From contig JAKLDJ010000003.1 of NCBI GenBank assembly GCA_022703585.1, positions 78,250 to 142,249 of the forward strand: 64,000 nucleotides of DNA, in the 5' to 3' direction. Both the position numbers and the translations under genes were made by a program. Under the pieces are notes generated by a model. That model was not told where the DNA came from. It was given only the letters and a program-made list of their open reading frames with translations, and did not search any database. The DNA is from Candidatus Omnitrophota bacterium (GTDB lineage: Bacteria; Omnitrophota; Gorgyraeia; Zapsychrales; JAKLDJ01). Shown piece by piece: positions 1-8,685 of this stretch (its first letter is position 1; every line of letters starts with the position of its first letter).

Positions 1-707
1 ATGATTGCGAAGACCATCGGGATTTGGCAGCGGAGGTCAATATTATTGGTACCAAAACGATCGTTGATTGCCTCAAAGACTGTAGAGCCAAATTGATTTA
101 TATTTCAACCGATTCCGTTTACGACGGTATCAAAGGTCATTTTTCAGAAAACGACTCTGTCGATCCCCCTAATTATTATGGAATTACTAAACATAAAGGC
201 GAACAGGAGGCCTTAAAACACGGCAATGCCTTGATTGCTCGCACAAATTTTATCGGCTGGAATGTCGGCGATAAACTTAACTTGGCCGAATGGGTGATGG
301 ATGCGCTTTTGGGCAAGAAACAAATAAATGGTTTTACCGATATCCAGTTTTCTCCTATCTACACATTTGAATTGGCAAAGCTGTTGGATCAAGCGATTGC
401 CAAGGATTTAAAAGGTGTCTACAATTTTGCCGGGTGCGGTTCGTTGACGAAATATGAATTTGCTTGTTTGCTGGCCAAGAAATTTAATCTCGACAGCTCC
501 CTTATAAAACCTATTTCTGTCGAGGAGCATGCATTTAAGGCGAGACGGGGAAAAAATTTGTCCCTGAATACAAATAAATTAGCACGTGATCTCGGCGTTT
601 TGATTCCCACCGTGGAAGAATCCATTGATTTATTTGTTAAAGATTACAATAACGGTATCTTGCAGGAACTTAAGAGCACAAATCGTTTAGCAAAAAGGCG
701 TCGTTAA
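1..707 (+). CDS. dTDP-4-dehydrorhamnose reductase-like sugar-nucleotide reductase (RmlD family), 5'-truncated at window edge
   Basis: Frame 3 is open from the window edge (upstream codons DCEDHRDL..., no stop). Motifs ISTDSVYDG, YGITKHKGE and FSPIYTFELAKLL match the RmlD substrate-binding domain. Stop TAA at 705-707. Confidence 0.6.
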   Translation, partial: DCEDHRDLAAEVNIIGTKTIVDCLKDCRAKLIYISTDSVYDGIKGHFSENDSVDPPNYYGITKHKGEQEALKHGNALIARTNFIGWNVGDKLNLAEWVMDALLGKKQINGFTDIQFSPIYTFELAKLLDQAIAKDLKGVYNFAGCGSLTKYEFACLLAKKFNLDSSLIKPISVEEHAFKARRGKNLSLNTNKLARDLGVLIPTVEESIDLFVKDYNNGILQELKSTNRLAKRRR

Positions 708-708
708 T

Positions 709-2568
709 ATGAATATCTTTGCGCAATCGGCAGCTGCGGCACAGGACAGCAATCGGCACCTTAAAGGAATTTTGTTAAAACATATTCCGCTGATCGTGTT
801 TATCGTATCGGCAGGTGTGGGTGCTTCGCTGCTGGAAGGTATAAGCCTGGCTTTAGTGATACCGATTTTAGGCGACGCCGCCGGCCAAGTTACTTCTAGA
901 ATTCCGGCACCCTTTAACCAGCTTTGCGGGCTTTTTTCCGGATTAAGCCTCGCCGACAGAGTGCGTATTGTTGCCTTGCTGATCGTTGTTGTAACTGCCG
1001 TAAAAGGCATTCTGATTTTCTTCAATAACGCGATGGCGAATAAACTGCAGATCGAGATTGTCAAACACTTCCGCATGCTGTGTTTTAACCAATTCACGAA
1101 AGTCAGCATGAGCTACATCAATGATCAAAAAAGCGCGCATTTGCAGACCATTGCGGTTCATTATACGCTGTCGTTGGGAAGGATGTTTAATGCCATCGGT
1201 ATCGTGGTGCCGAAGTTTTTTACCGTCGTTATACTTCTTGTCATGCTGATGCTGTTGTCATGGCAATTGACGCTGGCTTCTTTGGTTTTAATCGGGATCT
1301 CTTCTTTGGTTTTACGCAGGATTGTCCGGAAGGCCAGCGCGGCGAGCCGAAAACTTACCGACGCCGACAAGGGCATCAATAGCGTTGTCCTTGATTCGCT
1401 TTTGGGAATGAAGGTAGTGCGTTTGTTTAACCGCGAAAAACATATGCGGGATAAGTTTGAAGAAGAGGTAGACCGTGTTAATGCGCATCTTTACCATGTG
1501 GTCAAGACCCATGGTTCGGTTCAACCGGTTTTTGAAATTACCGGTGTCGTCAGCCTTGCTTTTATTCTTATTCTCGGCTCCTTCATGCTTTTAAACGGCG
1601 CAAGCGGCGGGCTGGAAATTATTCTGACGTTCATCATTATTTATTTTCGTATCTTGTCGCCCAGTTTGGCCCTTAATACCGCCCGTGTTCAGGTCGCGAC
1701 TGAATTGCCGTATTACCAGCAGATTTGCCATTTTCTCGAATCGTTCGACAAGCCTTATATAACCAATGGTTCCCAGGATTTTCATAGCCTGTCGCAGGGA
1801 ATAGAATTTTGCGGCATACGTTTTCGGTACAACGAACAGCAATCTTTTGTCTTAAACAGTGTTTCCTTTTATTTGCCTAAAGGAAAGAAAATCGGGATTG
1901 TCGGGGTTTCAGGCTCGGGAAAGACGACGATATGCGAGCTATTGCTTCGTTTTTATGACCCGCAGCAGGGTGATATTCTGGTCGATGGCGCGGATTTAAA
2001 GAAATTTGATTTTTATTCCTGGCGCAGGCATATCGGTGTTGTCAGCCAGGATGTTTTTCTTTTTAATGATACCATTGGGGCCAACATCGGTTTTGCCAAA
2101 CCCGACGCCACAAAAGAAGACATTAAAAAAGCGGCGCAACAGGCCTACGCGGATGAGTTTATCGAGAAATTGCCCCAAGGCTACGAGACAATAATCGGCG
2201 AGCGCGGCGTGCGCTTGTCGGGCGGGCAGAGGCAGCGGCTGGCTATTGCCCGTGCCGTTGTTGTTGATCCGGAAATATTTATTTTCGACGAAGCGACTTC
2301 CGCCCTGGATACGGAGTCGGAAAAATATGTGCAGAAGGCCATTGAAACAGTAGGAAAAGGTAAAACGGTCATTACGATCGCCCATCGCCTTTCAACCGTT
2401 TCGGATTCCGACAAGATTATCGTGATGGATCAGGGCAGAATCGCGGAAGAAGGAACCCACGATCAGCTTTTAGGAAAAAACGGATTGTATACCAAGCTTG
2501 TCCAGATGCAGAACCTTGAATGGGAGATTAAGCAGCAGGAGAAAATAATCGCTTCTACGGCTGAATAA
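709..2568 (+). CDS. ABC exporter, fused permease-ATPase (MsbA/PglK-like type I exporter)
   Basis: N-terminal half has about 6 hydrophobic helices. C-terminal NBD has Walker A GVSGSGKTT, ABC signature LSGGQRQR, Walker B IFIFDEATSALD and H-loop IAHRLST. ATG at 709 lies 1 nt after the upstream stop. Confidence 0.85.
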   Translation: MNIFAQSAAAAQDSNRHLKGILLKHIPLIVFIVSAGVGASLLEGISLALVIPILGDAAGQVTSRIPAPFNQLCGLFSGLSLADRVRIVALLIVVVTAVKGILIFFNNAMANKLQIEIVKHFRMLCFNQFTKVSMSYINDQKSAHLQTIAVHYTLSLGRMFNAIGIVVPKFFTVVILLVMLMLLSWQLTLASLVLIGISSLVLRRIVRKASAASRKLTDADKGINSVVLDSLLGMKVVRLFNREKHMRDKFEEEVDRVNAHLYHVVKTHGSVQPVFEITGVVSLAFILILGSFMLLNGASGGLEIILTFIIIYFRILSPSLALNTARVQVATELPYYQQICHFLESFDKPYITNGSQDFHSLSQGIEFCGIRFRYNEQQSFVLNSVSFYLPKGKKIGIVGVSGSGKTTICELLLRFYDPQQGDILVDGADLKKFDFYSWRRHIGVVSQDVFLFNDTIGANIGFAKPDATKEDIKKAAQQAYADEFIEKLPQGYETIIGERGVRLSGGQRQRLAIARAVVVDPEIFIFDEATSALDTESEKYVQKAIETVGKGKTVITIAHRLSTVSDSDKIIVMDQGRIAEEGTHDQLLGKNGLYTKLVQMQNLEWEIKQQEKIIASTAE

Positions 2569-2598
2569 ATTCTATTCATTTCAAAGGATGGTATTTTA

Positions 2599-3660
2599 AT
2601 GAAGATTCAGATTGGAAAAAAACGGATCGGCGAAGGCGAGCCGCTCTATTTTATTGCAGACATTGCGGCTAATCATGACGGTGATCTTTCCCGGGCGCTT
2701 AAGCTGATTGACTTGGCGAAGGAGGCGGGGGCGGACGCGGCAAAATTTCAGAATTTTCAAGCCTCTAAAATCGTCAGTCGTAAAGGTTTTGAGGGCCTGG
2801 GGGGACAATTAAGCCATCAGGCCTCCTGGAAGAAATCAGTTTTTGAGGTCTATCAGGATGCCAGCCTCGATTTTCACTGGACTGAAAAGCTCAAAAAGCA
2901 TTGCGACGATGTCGGCATTGAATACATGACTTCTCCGTATGATTTTGAGTCGGTTGACCATGTTGATCCGTATGCAAACGTTTATAAAATCGGTTCTGGG
3001 GATATTACCTGGCTCGAGATTATTGAATACATCGGGCGAAAAGGAAAGCCGGTTATCTTGGCGACGGGAGCGGCGTCTCTGGAAGAAGTGAAACGCGCCA
3101 TGAAGGTTTTGGCCGGGGTCAATGACAGAATCGTCTTGATGCAATGCAATACCAATTACACGGGGAGCCCGGAAAACTTTCGGTATATCAATTTGAATGT
3201 CTTAAAAACGTATGCTGCCCTTTTTCCCAATACTATTCTGGGGTTATCGGACCATGCGCCGGGGCCTTCGGCGGTGCTGGGCGCGGTGGCTTTGGGCGCG
3301 CGGGTCTTTGAAAAACATTTTACCGACGATCGCGGGCGCGAAGGCCCGGACCACAAATTCTCCGTGATTCCTTGCGAGTGGAAAGAAATGGTCGCGCGTG
3401 CCGACGAGGTCTACAGAGCGCTTGGGGACGGCGTTAAGAAGGTCGAGGATAACGAGCAGCAAACTTCGATTGTACAAAAAAGGGCATTGCGTTATACGCG
3501 TGACTTAAAGAAGGGTGCGACTTTGACGGCGGCTGACCTGTTTCCGCTTCGTCCGATTCCGCCGGGGGCATTGCCGCCATACGAGATTAAAAATATTCTG
3601 GGCAAGAAATTACGCAGAGATGTTCAGGAGCAGGAATGTGTTATGAAAGGGGACGTTTAA
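2599..3660 (+). CDS. NeuB-family nonulosonic acid synthase (N-acetylneuraminate / pseudaminate / legionaminate synthase-like)
   Basis: N-terminus GEGEPLYFIADIAANHDGDL...AKEAGADAAKFQ matches the NeuB TIM-barrel motif, and the C-terminal segment is SAF/antifreeze-like. RBS AAGGATGG precedes the ATG. Confidence 0.85.
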   Translation: MKIQIGKKRIGEGEPLYFIADIAANHDGDLSRALKLIDLAKEAGADAAKFQNFQASKIVSRKGFEGLGGQLSHQASWKKSVFEVYQDASLDFHWTEKLKKHCDDVGIEYMTSPYDFESVDHVDPYANVYKIGSGDITWLEIIEYIGRKGKPVILATGAASLEEVKRAMKVLAGVNDRIVLMQCNTNYTGSPENFRYINLNVLKTYAALFPNTILGLSDHAPGPSAVLGAVALGARVFEKHFTDDRGREGPDHKFSVIPCEWKEMVARADEVYRALGDGVKKVEDNEQQTSIVQKRALRYTRDLKKGATLTAADLFPLRPIPPGALPPYEIKNILGKKLRRDVQEQECVMKGDV

Positions 3661-3661
3661 T

Positions 3662-4267
3662 ATGCTTAAAGGTCAGCAGATAGCTCTTTTGGCCATCGAA
3701 AGAGAGGATTTAAAGGCGCTTCGGGGCTGGCGCAACAATACCAAATTTAGAAAACATTTCAGGGAGTATCGTGAGCTGAATTCGGAATTGCAGGAAAAAT
3801 GGTACCGTGAATCCGTTCAGAATAATCCGGCGACGATGATGTTCGGCATACACCGGCTTTCGGACAATGAATTATTGGGTTGTTGCGGTTTGACCTATAT
3901 CCATCCGGTCTATCGGCATGCCGATTTATCGTTATATATCGGGTGGAAGGATGCTTATATCGACGACGAGGGTTATGCCCGTGAGGCCTGTGAGCTTCTT
4001 TTTGACTACGGATTTAAAGATCTTGGCCTGAATAAAATCTGGACCGAGATCTACGTTTTCGACACTAAAAAGAAAGAGCTTTATGACAGCCTTGGATTCA
4101 GGGTGGACGGTATTTTACGGCAGAACTATTTTCACGAGGGGCGGTTTTGGGATTCCTATATTTTGTCCTTGCTGGTTAGTGACTGGAGGCAGAAGAATAG
4201 CAGTCTTTCGGGGAGAAAGAAATCTCTCGTCTCGAACAAAAGGAGAAAAAATGTCCGAAAAATATAA
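3662..4267 (+). CDS. GNAT-family N-acetyltransferase (RimL/PseH-like)
   Basis: About 200 aa. The C-terminal block EGYAREACELLFDYGF...NKIWTEIYVFDTKKKELYDSLGF resembles the Acetyltransf_3 core. ATG lies 1 nt after the neuB-like stop. Confidence 0.6.
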   Translation: MLKGQQIALLAIEREDLKALRGWRNNTKFRKHFREYRELNSELQEKWYRESVQNNPATMMFGIHRLSDNELLGCCGLTYIHPVYRHADLSLYIGWKDAYIDDEGYAREACELLFDYGFKDLGLNKIWTEIYVFDTKKKELYDSLGFRVDGILRQNYFHEGRFWDSYILSLLVSDWRQKNSSLSGRKKSLVSNKRRKNVRKI

Positions 4268-4955
4268 TGCCGTAGCAATTATTACTGCGCGGGGAGGCAG
4301 CAAAAGGATCCCGCGAAAGAATATCCGGATGTTCTGCGGCCATCCGATTATCTGGTATTCCATCCAGGCGGCTTTGGATTCGGGCTGTTTTGGCGAGATC
4401 ATGGTTTCTACCGACGACAACGAGATTGCCAATATCGCCAAAGAAATGGGTGCCAAGGTGCCGTTTATGCGCTCTAAGAAAAATTCAGACGACGATAGCA
4501 CGACGGTGGATGTCTTGGAGGAAGTGCTTACGGAATATAAAAAGAAGGGAAAGATCTTTGATTTCTTTTGCTGTCTCTATCCGACGGCACCGTTTGTATC
4601 GGGGGGCCGTTTAAGAGAAGGCTGTGAAGCCTTGGTGTCTTCCAAAGCGGACAGCGTGCTTCCTATTGTTCGTTTTAGCTATCCCGTATGGCGGGGATTA
4701 AAGGTTGAAGACGGCAGGATAAAAATGTGGTGGCCCGAAAATTATAATAAAAAGTCTCAAGACTTGCCGCCTGTTTTTCATGATGCCGGCCAGTTTTATG
4801 TGATGCGGACAGAAAGCTTGCTTAAGCAGAAACAGCTTTATGCCCAAAACTCGATAGGGCTCGAGATTCCGGAATCGCAGTGCCAGGATATCGACAGTGA
4901 TGAAGATTGGAAACTGGCTGAAATGAAGTATCAGTTGCTTAACAGAAAAAGTTAA
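4251..4955 (+). CDS. CMP-nonulosonic acid synthetase (acylneuraminate cytidylyltransferase family, NeuA/PseF-like)
   Basis: N-terminus AIITARGGSKRIPRKNI is the hallmark cytidylyltransferase motif. I chose the internal ATG at 4251, preceded by RBS AAAGGAGAAAAA, rather than the long upstream extension of ORF 4083. Confidence 0.8.
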   Translation: MSEKYNAVAIITARGGSKRIPRKNIRMFCGHPIIWYSIQAALDSGCFGEIMVSTDDNEIANIAKEMGAKVPFMRSKKNSDDDSTTVDVLEEVLTEYKKKGKIFDFFCCLYPTAPFVSGGRLREGCEALVSSKADSVLPIVRFSYPVWRGLKVEDGRIKMWWPENYNKKSQDLPPVFHDAGQFYVMRTESLLKQKQLYAQNSIGLEIPESQCQDIDSDEDWKLAEMKYQLLNRKS

Positions 4956-4988
4956 CCACAAACGTTCACGTATCTCATAAGGCGTTAT

Positions 4989-5987
4989 ATGGAATTTAAA
5001 GAGACTGATATCCGCCCCGATCGCTTGATGCAGGGTCAAATCAAACATACCAATGCTGACCGGCGAAGGCTTTTATCGCATAAAGGCAAATTTGTCTCCA
5101 TCCCCTGCCCAGCCTGTAATTCCAGGAAGGCTCGAATAGCTTTTAAAAAGGGCGGGCTAACCTATAAGGCCTGTTTGGACTGTGAGACTTTATATGTCAA
5201 TCCCAGGCCAACGGCAGCGATTTTAGAAAAGTGTTATGCTGAGTCCGAAGTTTATGCTTATTGGAATAAATATATTTTTCCGCAATCCGATGCTGCGCGG
5301 CGCAAGAATATTATTTGTCCCCGCGTAGACCGCCTTATTGAGATTTGTCGACGATACGCTATTAAGAATGCAACGTTGCTGGAAGTCGGATCAGCCTTCG
5401 GGACATTTTGTGAAGAGGCGAAGTCTCGCGGATTCTTCAGTCGCGTCATCGCTGTTGAGCCGACTCCTGACTTGGCCGAGACCTGCCGCCGTAAAGGGCT
5501 AGAGGTGATCGAGAAGCCTATCGAGCAGATCAAATTTCAACCCGGGACAATCAATGTTGTGGTCAGCTTTGAAGTCATCGAGCATTTGTTTTCACCTCGG
5601 GACTTTTTACGTAGCTGTGCGGCTGTTCTTTCTCCCGGCGGTTTACTGGTGTTGTCCTGTCCTAGTTGTAAAGGGTTCGACATTGTTACATTGCAGTCCC
5701 TTTCTGCTTCGATAGACCATGAACATTTGAATTATTTTAACCCTAATTCGCTTCCTCATCTAGTGGAACGATGCGGGTTTGAAACACTGGAAGTCCTGAC
5801 TCCCGGCGTGCTGGATGCGGAGATTGTCCGCAAAAAAATCCTGTCGGGTGAATTTGACGTGTCGGAAGATCCGTTTTTAAAACAAATTTTAATTGATGAC
5901 TGGGGACGGGTTTCTCAAAAATTCCAGAAGTTTTTGTCGGACAACTTGCTGTCGTCGCATATGTGGCTTGTTGCCCGCAAGAAATAA
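4989..5987 (+). CDS. class I SAM-dependent methyltransferase with N-terminal 4-Cys zinc ribbon (TcaB9/TylC3-like architecture)
   Basis: CPACNS...CLDCETLYVNP gives a CxxC...CxxC ribbon, followed by LLEVGSAFGTF as a motif-I-like glycine-rich loop. Confidence 0.7.
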   Translation: MEFKETDIRPDRLMQGQIKHTNADRRRLLSHKGKFVSIPCPACNSRKARIAFKKGGLTYKACLDCETLYVNPRPTAAILEKCYAESEVYAYWNKYIFPQSDAARRKNIICPRVDRLIEICRRYAIKNATLLEVGSAFGTFCEEAKSRGFFSRVIAVEPTPDLAETCRRKGLEVIEKPIEQIKFQPGTINVVVSFEVIEHLFSPRDFLRSCAAVLSPGGLLVLSCPSCKGFDIVTLQSLSASIDHEHLNYFNPNSLPHLVERCGFETLEVLTPGVLDAEIVRKKILSGEFDVSEDPFLKQILIDDWGRVSQKFQKFLSDNLLSSHMWLVARKK

Positions 5988-6064
5988 GAAAGAATATTGA
6001 TAATGGATAGAATCGGTTTGGGCGCTGTTGTTGGTGGTTCACAAAGAAGCAGGGGAGAAGCGGT

Positions 6065-7198
6065 TTGAACTATTGTACGCAATGCCTTCAGCCGGATACC
6101 CGGCCCAATATTAAGTTTAATGCGCAAGGGGTTTGCCCGGCGTGTGAATACTGGTCCACGCTCAACGTCATGGACTGGGATGAGAAACGAAAGATTTTGC
6201 TGGAGATTTGTGATTTTGGCATTGCTCATAAATCATGGGGCTATGACTGTATTATCGGAGTGAGCGGCGGTAAGGATAGCACCCGGCAAGCGTTGTTTGT
6301 CAGGAATGTGCTGAAGATGAACCCGCTTCTGGTGTGCTGCACCTATCCTCCCGATCAGGTTTCTGACCGGGGAGCGTACAATATCCAAAACTTGATTTCT
6401 CGCGGATTTAATACGGTTATCGTCGGTCCGGCTCCGCAGACCTGGAAAAAGAATATGCTTAACGGCTTTTATAAATACGGAAACTGGCAAAGGTCTACGG
6501 AGCTCGCGCTATTTACGAGTGTCCCTCGCTTGGCGATTGCCTACCAGATTCCCTTGATCTTCTGGGGGGAGAATCCTGCTCTAATCTTAGGAGAGCTTGG
6601 TGTGAGATCCAACGGATACGATGGCAATCAAATGAAGTGGGCCAACACACTGGCCGGCGGAGATCCGTCTTGGTTGTGTGTCGACGGGATAACGAAGAAA
6701 GATGTCCTATGTTACAGTTATCCGGCGGATGAGGAAATGACCCGTGCCGGTTTAAGGATCATCTATTTAAGTTACTTTTGGAAAGTATGGTCAAGGCTTG
6801 AGAACGGGATGCTTGCTGCCGTTCACGGCCTGGATGTCCGGGATGATCATTCAGAAACCATCGGCGATATACTCGGCGTCGAGGCATTGGACGAGGACTG
6901 GATTACTGTTAATCAAATGATCAAATTCCGAAAATTCGGATTTGCCAGGGTCACGGAACTTGTCTGTGAAGAGATACGTTTTGGCCGGATGAAACGGGAA
7001 GAAGGTATTCCGTTGATAGAAAAATATGACGGGAAATGTTCGGATAAGCTCGTCGGGAATTTCTGCGATTATCTGGGGATATCTATCGAAGAGTTCTGGA
7101 GAGTGGCGGATTCCTATACGAATAAAGAAATATTTGAAAAAGACAAAAAGGGTTCCTGGAAATTAAAGTACCCAGTCGGTGTCTGCCATGCACGGTAA
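6065..7198 (+). CDS. N-acetyl sugar amidotransferase (WbuX/PseA/WbpG family, PP-loop ATP pyrophosphatase)
   Basis: N-terminus YCTQCLQPDTRPNIKFNAQGVCPACEY is the family-typical Cys cluster. PP-loop SGGKDS is present. TTG start with RBS AGGGGAGAAG. Confidence 0.8.
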   Translation: MNYCTQCLQPDTRPNIKFNAQGVCPACEYWSTLNVMDWDEKRKILLEICDFGIAHKSWGYDCIIGVSGGKDSTRQALFVRNVLKMNPLLVCCTYPPDQVSDRGAYNIQNLISRGFNTVIVGPAPQTWKKNMLNGFYKYGNWQRSTELALFTSVPRLAIAYQIPLIFWGENPALILGELGVRSNGYDGNQMKWANTLAGGDPSWLCVDGITKKDVLCYSYPADEEMTRAGLRIIYLSYFWKVWSRLENGMLAAVHGLDVRDDHSETIGDILGVEALDEDWITVNQMIKFRKFGFARVTELVCEEIRFGRMKREEGIPLIEKYDGKCSDKLVGNFCDYLGISIEEFWRVADSYTNKEIFEKDKKGSWKLKYPVGVCHAR

Positions 7199-7811
7199 AG
7201 TCGCGATTATTGATTATGGGGTCGGCAATGTTCATTCGGTTGCCTGCGCCCTGTCATTTCTCGGATATAGAAATATGACGACGCGGGATCCCAAAATCAT
7301 CCGCCAGGCAGATGCCTTGATTTTGCCCGGGGTTGGCGCCTTCGGCCAGGCGATGGCCAATTTAAAGAAATTTGACCTGTTGGAACTTTTAAACGGAGAG
7401 GTCCTCCGTAAGGGAAAACCGATTCTGGGGATTTGTTTGGGTATGCAGATTCTAGGAAACAGCTCGGAGGAGTCGCCGGGACATAAGGGGCTTGGCTGGA
7501 TCGATTTTGATGTGGTCAGCATACCGCAATCGCCACAATTAAAAGTCCCGCATGTAGGATGGAATACGCTGCGGGTGGAGAATCAAAAAGATTTATTCAC
7601 AGGGCTAGAAGAAGAACCGCATTTCTATTTTGACCACAGTTATTACGCTGATTGTTCTAATGGTTATACGGTCGCCCGCTGTCATTATGGCGCGATGATG
7701 CCGGCAGTTGTCGTCAAGGGCAATATCACCGGGGTCCAGTTTCATCCCGAAAAAAGCCAGAGAAACGGCTTGAAATTATTCAGAAATTATTTTAATCATC
7801 TGGGGGTCTGA
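7179..7811 (+). CDS. HisH-like class-I glutamine amidotransferase (WbuY-type; glycan amidotransfer, not histidine biosynthesis)
   Basis: VAIIDYGVGNVHSV, the catalytic Cys in GICLGMQIL, and GVQFHPEKS are present. The gene is flanked by amidotransferases, with no other his genes nearby. Confidence 0.85.
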   Translation: MSAMHGKVAIIDYGVGNVHSVACALSFLGYRNMTTRDPKIIRQADALILPGVGAFGQAMANLKKFDLLELLNGEVLRKGKPILGICLGMQILGNSSEESPGHKGLGWIDFDVVSIPQSPQLKVPHVGWNTLRVENQKDLFTGLEEEPHFYFDHSYYADCSNGYTVARCHYGAMMPAVVVKGNITGVQFHPEKSQRNGLKLFRNYFNHLGV

Positions 7812-7812
7812 T

Positions 7813-8685
7813 TTGCTTAAAAAACGGCTTATAGCAACATTGATCGTGCGGGAGGGGATCGTTGTGCAAAGCATCAATTTCCGCAGGTATTTGCCCGTGG
7901 GCAAGCCCGCGATTGCCATCGAATTCTTAAATTCATGGGGTATTGACGAAATTGTCCTTATCGATATTACGGCATCCAAGGATCACTCCCGGAAGAAATA
8001 TGATTTTATCGAAGAGATTACCCGTAAGTGTTTCGTTCCCTTGACTGTAGGGGGCGGTATCAGTTCGGTCGACGACATCCGCGCGCTGCTGGGTTTTGGG
8101 GCAGACAAAATATCGGTCAATTCGTATTGTCTGGCTCATCCGGAATTTATTAGTGAAGCGGCGAAGATCTTTGGCAATCAATGTATTGTGGTAGCTATCG
8201 ATGCCGTTGGCTCTTCCCCGTCGGACTATCGTGTGTACAACGCGGCAAAAGGGGCGGTTATGGATGTCTCTCCGGTTGATTGGGCAAGAAAAGCGGAAGC
8301 GATGGGGGCGGGCGAAATCTATATAACATCGGTCGATCGCGACGGATCAAAAAAAGGTTTTGACCTCGGGCTTATTGATTTGGTCGCCCGCAGCGTGAAG
8401 ATCCCGGTTATTGCCAGCGGCGGGGCGGGAAAATCATCCGATGTTCTCGATGTTTTCTGCCGGACGAACGCCTCTGCGGTTTCAGCTGCCAATTTCTTTC
8501 ATTTCTCGGAGCACAGTGTCATTGTCACAAAGTCAATCTTGAGGAGCAAGGGAGTAGATATTCGTTTAAACACGCACGCCGATTACGAAAAAAGCCCCTT
8601 CGGGGATGATTTTCGTTTAAAGAAAAGGTCAGAGGCCTATCTCGGGGACCTGCTTTTTGAGAGGATCGAGAAAGAGATCATATGA
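7813..8685 (+). CDS. HisF-like cyclase subunit (WbuZ-type)
   Basis: IATLIVREGIVVQS...DEIVLIDITAS and two G-rich phosphate-binding loops are present. TTG start 2 nt after the hisH-like stop, preceded by GGGGG. Confidence 0.85.
   Translation: MLKKRLIATLIVREGIVVQSINFRRYLPVGKPAIAIEFLNSWGIDEIVLIDITASKDHSRKKYDFIEEITRKCFVPLTVGGGISSVDDIRALLGFGADKISVNSYCLAHPEFISEAAKIFGNQCIVVAIDAVGSSPSDYRVYNAAKGAVMDVSPVDWARKAEAMGAGEIYITSVDRDGSKKGFDLGLIDLVARSVKIPVIASGGAGKSSDVLDVFCRTNASAVSAANFFHFSEHSVIVTKSILRSKGVDIRLNTHADYEKSPFGDDFRLKKRSEAYLGDLLFERIEKEII

Noticed and set aside
4083-4250. N-terminal extensions of listed ORFs (4083, 16419, 29558, 36244, 53206, 55365, 60387, 13082 and 56462)
   Set aside because: Each has an internal ATG with an RBS just after the upstream gene's stop and a canonical family N-terminus. 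The extensions overlap upstream genes and encode non-conserved residues.
7179-8685. hisH and hisF read as histidine biosynthesis genes
   Set aside because: No hisA/B/C/D/G/I are adjacent, and the pair is bracketed by two WbuX/PseA-type amidotransferases. This is the known WbuY/WbuZ paralog arrangement used for sugar amidination.
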